Origin: an uncultured virus (IMG/VR IMGVR_UViG_3300042347_000998)
Lineage: Duplodnaviria > Heunggongvirae > Uroviricota > Caudoviricetes
DNA: 64,000 nt
Strand: one strand, 5' to 3'
IMG/VR virus record: IMGVR_UViG_3300042347_000998
Below, piece by piece: positions 16,001 to 24,000 of this stretch; the stretch's first letter is position 1, and the number at the start of each line of letters is the position of its first letter. The position numbers were made by a program, and so were the translations under genes. The notes under the pieces are model-generated. The model did not search any database and had not been told where the DNA came from. It worked only from the letters and a program-made list of their open reading frames with translations.

Positions 16001-18487
16001 GATGGTAGTCTTTCAAATATGGATTTGAGACTATATGCAGATTCCAATTTTAGTAAAGAAATAGAAACATTCAAATATCTTAATTATGACACTAATAGAG
16101 TCAAAGAATTGAATACCAAGTTGTCTTTGCCAACTGAAATCTATTATAATTTAATTTCACTTTCTAAAAATGAAGATGAAAAAAATCAATTGTCTTCAGA
16201 TAAAGAAGTAAATGGATTCAATAAAATTAAAATAATCCCAAATAATATTAACACTTACCATTCTATAATAAAAACAGGAAATTCGCAGTTTAAATTTAAT
16301 TTAAACGTTATTCCAGAACCACTCACATTTATTTCTGGATTATCAACATCATACTATGATACTGATTCAAAAAATGTTGTTGGTCCAATATCAAATCTTA
16401 GAGTTAATTTTGGAGGAAGAGGATATAAGAAAATTCCAAAAATTTCTTCAATTACTACAACATCAGGAAAAGGTGCAGCATTAGAAGCAAAATCTTCTAC
16501 TATTGGAAAAATAGAAAATTTAGAAAGAGTAAAAGATGGATTTGATTATCCAAGTGATACTACACTAAAACCTTTTTTAAGTGTTCCTGCTGTTGCTCAA
16601 ATAGGAGATATTTCAAGAATAGAATATGTTGGTATTATAACTGGAGGAAATGGATATAATACTGCACCTACTTTAAAAGTTTTGGGGAATAATAAAATTA
16701 AATTATCGGCCAAATTGCAAAGTGGTAGTGTAATTGGTGTTGATATTGTTGAGAATACTAATGATTTGATAACTCCATTGAGAATTGTACCTATAAGAAA
16801 TTCCAATGGTTATGAAATTGATAGTGTTGTTGCCTCCAATGATGGTTCTACTGTAACTTTAGAACTTCTTAATAATTCAGAATTATTTCCACTAATTACA
16901 ACTGGTTATGGAACAACTGATGTTGTATTTCCATTTACTGAAGGTGATGAAATTTTCATAGAAAACTGCAGGCAAGTGGATAGAACTAAAGATAATATAA
17001 ACTCCAAAGATTATAGTTATAGATTTTTTACGGTAACTTCAGTGAGTTCTCAAAATTTTACTGTCACTTTTAGTATGACTGGTGTTAAAGATTCATTGAA
17101 TTTAAATCAAAATAATGGAGAATCAAATTATGAAAATGGATTTGGATATGGTTATGTAGTGAATAAAAAAGATATGGCCGTGTTTGAAATGAATTTGGTT
17201 GATGATTTGAGTTATATTTCTGGAGAAAATGTTTTTGGATATGATAATAGAGGAAATTCAGTATTTTCTGCAAAAGTTGCAGAAAATGGTTGGGATAATG
17301 AAATTAACCAATTGAGAATGGTAGATGCAAAAGGAGAACTAGAAGTTGGAAATAAATTAAAAGGTGAAAAATCACTACTAAATGGAACAGTAAAAGACGT
17401 AAATAAATTTAATTTAAAAGCAAATCTAGGTGTCTCAAGAGATAAAGTAAATGAAAGCAAAAATCAAAGTGGATTTTTGAATGATTATTTACAAAGACTC
17501 TCAGATAATTTTTATTATCAAAGATTTTCTTATGCAATTAAGAGTCAGATTTCTTATGATAAGTGGAAAGAACCAATCAAATCTCTAATTCATCCATCAG
17601 GATTTAAAGAATTTTCCGATTTAGATATTGTGAGTATTCCATCTTCAAATGTAAAAGTTGGAATTAGTAGTAATGATTTAAATCTTAGTGTTTTGATGGA
17701 TAATATCCAGTCACTTTACACTAAAAATAATTTTACATTAGTTTTAGAAGATGATGATAATTTATTTGAAGATGGATCAATTGAAAGAATTAATGTAGGT
17801 GCAGAAGAAGGAAATATTGCTGGAGTTGGAACTTTTGGTCCTATCTTTGGGGTTCCCCTCAAAGAGTATATTTTAAATAAAACAAATAAAGTTTTATTGA
17901 TGAATGACATCAGTGATCAGTTTGATGGGTCAAATGATTACATTTCAATAGGAACTACCACAGCAACATTTAATGCTCTAAATCAATATTATGTTGGAAT
18001 TTCCACAGAAAATTTAAAAATAGGTGATTATATTGGAAATTCTGAATTTTTAATTCCAGAGGCAACATTAGTTGATGAAATTGGAATTAACAGTATCAGA
18101 ATAAATTTACCTCATCGTTTGCAAGTGGGAATTGATACGACTGATGTATCAATTAGAAGAAAATTACCTGGAAATAAAGTCGTAGGTAAAACATCATTTG
18201 AACTCACATCTGGAATTAGTTCGGAAAAAGTACCATTATATTATCGTGAATTCAATTCTAATTCTTCCCAAATTTTGAATTTAGATAATAATATAATCAA
18301 TCTAAAGAGTCATAATTTCCAAACTGGTCAAAGAGTATTTTACAACCAATCAATTATATCTCAAACACCAGTTGGTTCTGCAACAACTGAAGTGGATAAT
18401 GCGTTTTCATATAATGTTTCCAATAAATTTGATTCAAATACAATTATGAGATTTGATATGACCATATTCAAGTTTGATTCAAATTAA
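10097..18487 (+). CDS. giant baseplate/virion structural protein (gp7-like position, 2796 aa)
   Basis: Follows gp6; FLEQYY, KDFYTTKGT..SFKILF, GWAYDGNPIFGPYG, YYQRFSYAIKS, LIHPSGFK; repeated HNF.TG domains. Confidence 0.8.
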   Translation: MSEVKRVKIQSFIESQIPEFLNSESPLFKEFLEQYYISQEHQTGVTDLTVNLQNYKSIDNFNNETFYSTVGICTLTSDVVSFDDTILVNHTIGFPQKYGLLKIDNEIITYTGITTNSFTGCIRGFCGLDKDNTNDLFKFSSTDTSDHTKNSQVINLNILFFQELFKKFKTQFLPGFEDRQFATGINLQTILSRAKDFYTTKGTDTSFKILFSVLFNESISVIKPQDYLISPSSNDYLITKNILVEQIIRDSTFKVSDSTLRKELKGKTIFQSTLDNKTASASIYNVEYRPINSGDFIYNSVGFDETAQKNYITKDFYEISLDRTSFILNFESTKKTKVLENTFKNSTSILVDSTIGFKKSGTLLIKPKNLSNPIVLTYTDKTINEFLNVSGLTIDLDYGAEIIEENFLYTYLDDGSKIEFRLINIINDIDYKETSNLRVNDKIQLSSFGIDLNDRIEFNQWIYNVPTTHLIKSVDTGKIYLYENINLSIGDQVVLSNPDLVDVQNVTVSIEEFGFNEFGPFISIKGPNTSTFKKTHLTKIINKVSSDQNYFPNVSIFPSSIQNTYIDYNSENFYVASSGLPNYEIYATDRKTFVSANVSTGSTTILNCSNHNLFTGEKIYYIQKSGNVGIRTSAYFVTKVNDNQVKLSYSNSDLFSKTYVPIKNNVDGDYFVKFDFQNKSLGNQKLFKKFNLVKKLNKFFTDNDKSTIDKATGILINGVEIFSPTLYDENIYYGKINSVIVESSGKDYDVINFSGLEVDDIYGTGASVEANLSGSLDKVILLNPGIGYPRKPKITLVGGNGSGAVLESNLVKTKIVSKFKPSSAISIGSSTIQFLTNHNFDDGEEVSYINDSNGNVSPLINNSNYFVGIVSATQLKLYKTKENALGKNSPITFTGIGSGIHSLKTLNSKNTITKIYVKEKGKNYSNRSVKIPSDLSSNNQNNGINTFDDYIFAKEHNFKNEDVVIYSTSGTSISGLSTQTNYYVTVIDSNRFKLSVFGSSENQRINYDNKKYVRFSSVGVGTHIFSYPPIQIEIEHVSGIATSPSAEPIVLGSIENVFITNDGKNYGSPDTLNYHRKPRVGIFSILSECILKPVLLNGSIVDVQILNSGRGYGKDIDIKIFGKGKYAELYPIVTNGKITSINILNSGIGYDEKTTLLIQRRGLGARFSANIFEWKINQVEKNKKIISPNDGGLIVPSKNNETTLEFIHFYPPKNLRFKVNNFIDKDNNEILPDNNQNPYKILGWAYDGNPIFGPYGKVNGESKLLQSSYKLKNSGEIGISISNQLRPNFGSGFFVQDYLYDRGTGDLDEYNGMFINDKNLPNINYGYFSTISNDEKEPQYPYTVPLNFKDLPIEENFNPLFNQDFNFESLDIVRNIGPYYLNSSNSSYDLIDKIDSKYKQEFIVKDISSSGITSISIFEPGDNYKVGELIKFDSKSSGGNSVSAEISRIKGKNVSNVQVGILTFTDVNFITKGVSIKGITNQPHNLISDDEIIISNLSSSEFNHLEGTKKIYVFQNSAGLVENLESQSVTGVTTYVKVTDVSGFEVDNFIGIGTEVLKIINISSTESKLYVNRFDNYSGIHSVGFATVTLLPNTFTFSTQKYEDDIVENKTVYFNPSNTIGIGTTGSIYYNIVGFQTAFGTLNATGLSTVGVNTTLLEIGDYVFGTNIQNNTTITSIGIGSITITPDHTLGGGISTNLLTFSRKIYDKTVPSRSIYIPSHKFYTGQSITYNVGLVGNGIVVSETGTGTTFRLANNQTVYTVNLGKDYVGLSTLGFTTSTGIGTTQNSLYFRSPIENIGLAHSLTTQYEKIKGKVNNYSVVVSTSQTHGLQTGDNIKFNFEQSNTNTIKLRYDKVIRKITTELIDFDPLSGINTLTNEINIPGNNLKTGDKIVYYTNDQTSVGGLSTNAVYYVLKQNPDKIKLSSYQYDANVGIAITLTSVGSGLTHNFALVNPPINILNGNIISFDLTDGSLSNMDLRLYADSNFSKEIETFKYLNYDTNRVKELNTKLSLPTEIYYNLISLSKNEDEKNQLSSDKEVNGFNKIKIIPNNINTYHSIIKTGNSQFKFNLNVIPEPLTFISGLSTSYYDTDSKNVVGPISNLRVNFGGRGYKKIPKISSITTTSGKGAALEAKSSTIGKIENLERVKDGFDYPSDTTLKPFLSVPAVAQIGDISRIEYVGIITGGNGYNTAPTLKVLGNNKIKLSAKLQSGSVIGVDIVENTNDLITPLRIVPIRNSNGYEIDSVVASNDGSTVTLELLNNSELFPLITTGYGTTDVVFPFTEGDEIFIENCRQVDRTKDNINSKDYSYRFFTVTSVSSQNFTVTFSMTGVKDSLNLNQNNGESNYENGFGYGYVVNKKDMAVFEMNLVDDLSYISGENVFGYDNRGNSVFSAKVAENGWDNEINQLRMVDAKGELEVGNKLKGEKSLLNGTVKDVNKFNLKANLGVSRDKVNESKNQSGFLNDYLQRLSDNFYYQRFSYAIKSQISYDKWKEPIKSLIHPSGFKEFSDLDIVSIPSSNVKVGISSNDLNLSVLMDNIQSLYTKNNFTLVLEDDDNLFEDGSIERINVGAEEGNIAGVGTFGPIFGVPLKEYILNKTNKVLLMNDISDQFDGSNDYISIGTTTATFNALNQYYVGISTENLKIGDYIGNSEFLIPEATLVDEIGINSIRINLPHRLQVGIDTTDVSIRRKLPGNKVVGKTSFELTSGISSEKVPLYYREFNSNSSQILNLDNNIINLKSHNFQTGQRVFYNQSIISQTPVGSATTEVDNAFSYNVSNKFDSNTIMRFDMTIFKFDSN

Positions 18488-18490
18488 GTC

Positions 18491-18497
18491 ATAAATA
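18491..18497 (+). promoter_or_regulatory. T4-type late promoter motif (representative copy)
   Basis: ATAAATA. The (T)ATAAATA/CTAAATA motif also precedes genes at 20966, 26018, 35292, 37884, 39379, 42650, 45792, 47489, 50446, 51709 and 54526. Confidence 0.75.
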
Positions 18498-18519
18498 ATC
18501 AAAAGAATTTCATTACCTA

Positions 18520-20253
18520 ATGGCAAGACTAGGGATATTTACTGGAACTACACCGAATGATGGTACTGGAGATACTTTGTCTCAAGGTGCAGTAAAGGTT
18601 AATAGTAATTTTCAAGAAATTTATACAGCAATTGGTGATGGGACAAATATCACAAATACAATTTCTTTTGCAACTACTTCAACTAATGTAATTGGGGGAA
18701 TTGCCTCAGTAACAAGTTTAAATGTTTCTGATGGTATTTCCACTGTTGGTTTTTTGACCGCAAATAACATCAATGTTGTCGGAATCATAACTGCTTCAAG
18801 TTTTATAGGCAACTTAACAGGTACAGCAACTACGGCTAATAATGTAAGTTCTATTATTAACGTAGATACCACTGGTATTATAACTGCTTCAAGTTTTGTG
18901 GGTAACTTAACTGGAACAGCAACTACAGCAACTACAGCAGTTGGTTTAAGTACAACTTCAAGCATTAATACTACTGGTATTATAACTGCTTCAAGTTTTG
19001 TAGGTAACTTAACTGGAACAGCAACTACAGCAACTACAGCAGTTGGTTTAAGTACAACTTCAAGCATTAATACTACTGGTATTATAACTGCTTCAAGTTT
19101 TGTAGGTAACTTAACTGGTACAGCATCTACAGCAGTTGGTTTAGGTACAACTTCAAGCATTAATACTACAGGAATTATAACTGCTTCAAGTTTTGTAGGC
19201 AATTTGACTGGGACAGCAACTACAGCAGTTGGTTTAGGTACAACTTCAAGCATTAATACTACAGGAATTATAACTGCTTCAAGTTTTGTAGGTAACTTAA
19301 CTGGTACAGCATCTACAGCAGTTGGTTTAGGTACAACTTCAAGCATTAATACTACAGGAATTATAACTGCTTCAAGTTTTATAATTACTCAATCATCAAC
19401 AATAGATGGTTCGTTGTTAATTGGAACAAGCACACTTTCACTTTCTGGGTTTTCCAGTACATTTACTGTAGTTGGGTCTAACTCTTTTACTGTGCCAATA
19501 GGAGTTTCTAAAATTTCAGCAATAGTAATTGCTGGAGGAGGAGGTGGTGGAGCAGGTCAAGGTGGGAATGGAGGATCTGGTGGTGGAGGAGGAGGACTGA
19601 GATATATTAATGACTATCCAGTTACTCCAGGTCAAGTATTAAACATTACTGTAGGAAATGGTGGAAATGGTGGAAATGGTGGAAATGGAAATTCTGGTGG
19701 GACTTCCGAAATTACTGGAATTGTGACTGCTTATGGTGGAAGTGGTGGAACAAATAGTACTGGAGGTTCTGCTTCCGGTGGTTCTGGAAGTACGATTGGT
19801 GGAAATATAGGAGGAGGTAATGGCGGTAATGGTGGAGGTGGTACATTGACCTCTGGTGGAGGAGGAGGAGGAGCAGGAGGATACATAGGAAATGGAGGAA
19901 ATGGTTCATCAGCAACTGGAGGTAATGGTTCTGGAGGTGCAGGAGCAGGTGGTGGAGGACTTGGTTCTGGTGGTGGTGGAGTGGGATTATTGGGATTATC
20001 ACAAAATGGAACAGGTGCATTAAATTCTGGAGGAACAAGTGGTTCTGGTGGTTCTGATGGAACAACAGGAACAGATGGTAGTAATGGAAGTCCAGGGGGG
20101 AATTATGGTGCAGGTGGTGGAGGAGGAGAAAATGGAAGTTCTACTCTTGGAGGAAATGGAGCTCAAGGTGCAGTAAGAATTTTGTGGTCTCCAAGTTCTA
20201 AGTTCTCAAGACTATTCCCAACAAATCAAGTTGGAAACAATATAAATCAATAA
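18520..20253 (+). CDS. tail fibre-like protein with tandem repeats and glycine-rich C-terminal domain
   Basis: N-terminal GTTPNDGTGDTL...KVNSNFQEIY (gp9/gp10-type attachment motif), TGIITASSF repeats, Gly-rich domain ending GAQGAVRILW. Confidence 0.8.
   Translation: MARLGIFTGTTPNDGTGDTLSQGAVKVNSNFQEIYTAIGDGTNITNTISFATTSTNVIGGIASVTSLNVSDGISTVGFLTANNINVVGIITASSFIGNLTGTATTANNVSSIINVDTTGIITASSFVGNLTGTATTATTAVGLSTTSSINTTGIITASSFVGNLTGTATTATTAVGLSTTSSINTTGIITASSFVGNLTGTASTAVGLGTTSSINTTGIITASSFVGNLTGTATTAVGLGTTSSINTTGIITASSFVGNLTGTASTAVGLGTTSSINTTGIITASSFIITQSSTIDGSLLIGTSTLSLSGFSSTFTVVGSNSFTVPIGVSKISAIVIAGGGGGGAGQGGNGGSGGGGGGLRYINDYPVTPGQVLNITVGNGGNGGNGGNGNSGGTSEITGIVTAYGGSGGTNSTGGSASGGSGSTIGGNIGGGNGGNGGGGTLTSGGGGGGAGGYIGNGGNGSSATGGNGSGGAGAGGGGLGSGGGGVGLLGLSQNGTGALNSGGTSGSGGSDGTTGTDGSNGSPGGNYGAGGGGGENGSSTLGGNGAQGAVRILWSPSSKFSRLFPTNQVGNNINQ
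18778..19380 (+). repeat. coding tandem repeat of 93/102-bp units
   Basis: Units start at 18778, 18871, 18973, 19075, 19168, 19261 and 19354 (partial). Confidence 0.95.
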
Positions 20254-20268
20254 AGGCATTAAAGAAAA

Positions 20269-20943
20269 ATGGCAAACAACACAGGAGTATTTTTTAATAT
20301 AAATGACAATGACGGAATACCTTTAGTTGGTGTTTCCACTGATGGTAGGGTTTTGATTAATCATCTTTATGGAAACTGTTTGATTGGTTCTACATCAGTG
20401 ACTGGAACCTCATCACAACCACTTCAAGTCACTGGTGGTGTTTATGTTTCTGGTTCTGTTGGTATTGGAACTACAAATCCAAAAGCAGCACTTGATGTTG
20501 GTATAGGAAGTGTTTATGTTTCTAATGGTGATATTCATATAAATGGATCATCATTTATATTTAACACAAGAGATGCATTTGGTGGATTTTTTACTAATGG
20601 TGGAACTGATGGACTTGGATTTCTTAATATTTTATCTCCTGGTGGTATTACTGGATTTAATGTAAAACCACCAAGTGGATCTGCAGGTTCATTTGGAGCA
20701 CCAGATACTGCAGATATGTACAACACTCTAAGTACTAGACACGATGGAACACAAGGTATAACAGATTTTAAAGGTCTTGTTGGTATAGGAACCACAGCAC
20801 CAACATCAAAACTTCACGTTCAAGGTGATGCTAGAGTTGGAATTGATACTTCATCTGGCGTAATTCTTACTGCTGAAAATGGAACAAAATATAGACTAAT
20901 AGTAAGCAATACAGGAGTTTTAAGTACAGTTTCAGTTCCATAA
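20269..20943 (+). CDS. tail fibre-associated protein
   Basis: VGIGTTNP..ALDV and VGIGTTAPTSKLHVQG repeats; C-terminal ENGTKYRLIVSNTGVLST. Confidence 0.75.
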   Translation: MANNTGVFFNINDNDGIPLVGVSTDGRVLINHLYGNCLIGSTSVTGTSSQPLQVTGGVYVSGSVGIGTTNPKAALDVGIGSVYVSNGDIHINGSSFIFNTRDAFGGFFTNGGTDGLGFLNILSPGGITGFNVKPPSGSAGSFGAPDTADMYNTLSTRHDGTQGITDFKGLVGIGTTAPTSKLHVQGDARVGIDTSSGVILTAENGTKYRLIVSNTGVLSTVSVP

Positions 20944-21002
20944 ATCATTGACTTTTCAATACCCAATAAATATAAGAATAAAAGAGTAGTTTTTTTGTAA
21001 TA

Positions 21003-24000
21003 ATGCGAACAGTTCCAGGGTCAGGTGCAATATTATTTCCAATTTTTGATGGAGATAAATATTCTGTATCAAAAATTGAAGTGATTGATGGTGGAGCAGG
21101 ATATGCATCAACCGATCCTCCAAAAATTGAAATTGAAAATACCACAACTCCAACAATTGAAGGAGTATTCTATCCAATAATTGATCACCCAAGTAATGGT
21201 TCAATTGTTTCGGTTTTAATTGTAAATCCAGGTGAAGGTTATTTTCCAGTTACAAATACACTTGGTGAAAAAATTGGAATTGGAACCACGTCTTTAGTGG
21301 AGCCACAATTTGTAACTAAAGAATACGGTGCTGGAATTATAATGGGAGTGAGTGGTGGTATTGGAAGTGCAATATTTGAGAATGGATATAATGTAGCAAT
21401 CAGTACTACAATTACTGGTGTATCAACTCTAATACCAAATGCATTAAGTCGCATTTATGGATTTGGTAATCCAATTCCATCAACAACAAATGGAATTGGA
21501 ACGGATGCAAAATTTGAAGTTTGGATTACATATGATGGAACACCAGCAGGAAATCCAATTTCAACTTCAATTATTCTCAAAGATGGTGGAAGAGGATATA
21601 GAGTAGCAGATACAGTTTCAATTGCTGGAACTTATCTTGGAGGAGAAAATCCAACTCACACATTATCATTCAATGTTTCTAAAGTTTCAAGTACAGCAAT
21701 CGTATCAGCAGCAAATGCATCATATACTGGTGTTGCTGGTACTACAATAGTTGGTGTTGGTTCTGGGGCAACATTCAATATATCAAGAGATTCTACTGGG
21801 AAAATTAGTTCAGTAACTGTTGCAAATGGTGGGAGAAATTATTCAATAGGAGTTGTTGGTGTTGGAACTACAAGCACATCATCAACTCCTACAGATATAA
21901 TAAGTATTGCCGGAACACATATTGGTGGTTCTACACCAGCAGATAATTTATTTGTTTCACCAACACTTTTGGGAACAGATATACTCCCTGACATTTTGTA
22001 TATAGACAAACTAAATGATGACCAATTTAAAGTTTCTGGACTTTCTACAGCATCAGAACTTGATATAAGTCAATTGGGTGTAGGGACACATTCATTTGCA
22101 TTTGATAATCCAAATGCAAGTTCTTTAATTGCAATTGATAATATTATTCAAACTCCATTATACAGAAAAAATCTTACTTTTTCTTTATCATCTGGAGTTG
22201 GATTAGGAAATACAATATATGTGACTTCAGGTATTTCTTCACTAACTTCTTTAGATGTTTTGAAAATTGATTCTGAATATATGAATGTCAGAGCAGTTGG
22301 AATTGATTCAACAAATGACATTATTGTAGAAAGAGGTCAATATGGAAGTGAAATAAGAGCACACACTTCATCATCCACGATTAAAGTTTATAGAGGTGAC
22401 TATAACATTGAAAAGGGAAAAATTTATTTTTCAACTCCTCCTTATGGAAAAATAGGACAAGAAGGTTTGAAAGTTAGTTCAAATTTTCAAGGAAGATATT
22501 TTAGTAGAAGATTTGACCCAGGAAACACCACTGACAAAAATTTAGTTATTGATGACATTTCTTTAGATTTTACGGGAAAAGCAGAAAATTTAGGAATAAG
22601 AACAGGCACTTTAAATTATGATAGTCAAGATAGTATATCAGGAATAGACACTACTAGTTTGGAGATTGGTGATACATTAAATTTAGAGTATTCTACTCCT
22701 TTTTTAATAAATTTAAATACAGTTATAAATTCAATTGGAATTGGAAGTATTGGAATTTCTCCAAATCATAATGTTTATGTGGGAATAGCAACTACCACAT
22801 TTAATATCAGAAGACTTAATTTTTCTTTGAAAACCGATAATGAAATAATATCTGGAATTTACACAAATACTAATAGTTCTACTGATATAAACAACAATCC
22901 AATTATTTTAATAAACAACATCCCCCAAGTAGCAGAAAAAGATTTTAAAATAGATACACCAGGCAACAATACGATCAAATTCATCAGTGGAGTTCCAAAT
23001 GCTGGAAGAATAGTTAGAGTTGCAATTACTACTGGTTTTGGTTATCAACCCCTTGTAGGTGCCTCTGCAACGGTTTCTGTTTCTTCTGCTGGCACAATAT
23101 CAAGTATTTCTTTAACTGGGGCAGGAAGTGGTTATAGAACTGCTCCTGTGATTAGTATTGCTTCAACAGTTGGATCTGGTGCTACGATTACTGCAACAAT
23201 CGGTACTGGAGGAACGGTAACTTCTCTGAGCATAGTAAATGCAGGAACTGGTTATACTACAAATATACTTCCACAAATAAACATACCAATTCCACCAAAC
23301 TATAGTGATTTGAGTACAACTTATGCAGGAATTTCAACAGGAAGTGGAGAAGGGGCAAAAGTATCAGTAATTGTTGGAAATGGTTCCAGTGTAACTGGTT
23401 TTACTTTAGAAGATCCAGGAAGTGGTTATAAAGTTGGTGAAATTTTAGTTGTTCCAGGAATTACAACCAATCCAACTGTTGGTGCTGGTTTTAGTGAATT
23501 TAGAATTACTATTGAAGAAACATTTACTGATAAATTTGGAGGGTTTTATCCTGGCCAATTTATTAAATTTGATGATCCATCAAAATATTTTACAGGAACA
23601 AAGAGAAAATTTGATTTGCTGATAGATAAAGAATCAATTTCATTAAAAACAAGTCCATTATCAGATTTAAAAGTTGAGAATAATTTCTTTGTGTTTATTA
23701 ACGATATTATACAAGTTCCAAATTTATCTTATAAAATAGTTGGTTCCAGAATAATCTTTACAGAAGCACCAAAAAAAGACTCAAAATGTTTAATTTTATT
23801 CTATAGAGGTTCAGATTTAGACGTAGACCAAGTTGACCCACCAAAAACATTAAAAGAAGGAGATATAATTCAAATACAACAAAACAAATTTGAACTGACA
23901 CAAAGAGAACAATTTGAAAGAGTAATTAAAAAGATTATTTCTTCAGATCAGTTTGATACTTTTACTTATGATAGTTTGGGAATAAATACTGATCCAAAAA

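Noticed and set aside
18621..19346. 241-aa minus-strand ORF, and the other minus-strand ORFs in the track
   Set aside because: These are antisense shadows of repetitive or codon-biased + strand genes, with no recognisable motifs
18520..20943. Diversity-generating retroelement target
   Set aside because: No reverse transcriptase and no template/variable repeat pair differing at adenines was seen
18487..21003. Programmed readthrough or frameshift joining the giant ORFs
   Set aside because: The intergenic gaps are clean, late-promoter motifs sit at 18491 and 20966, and I saw no slippery site
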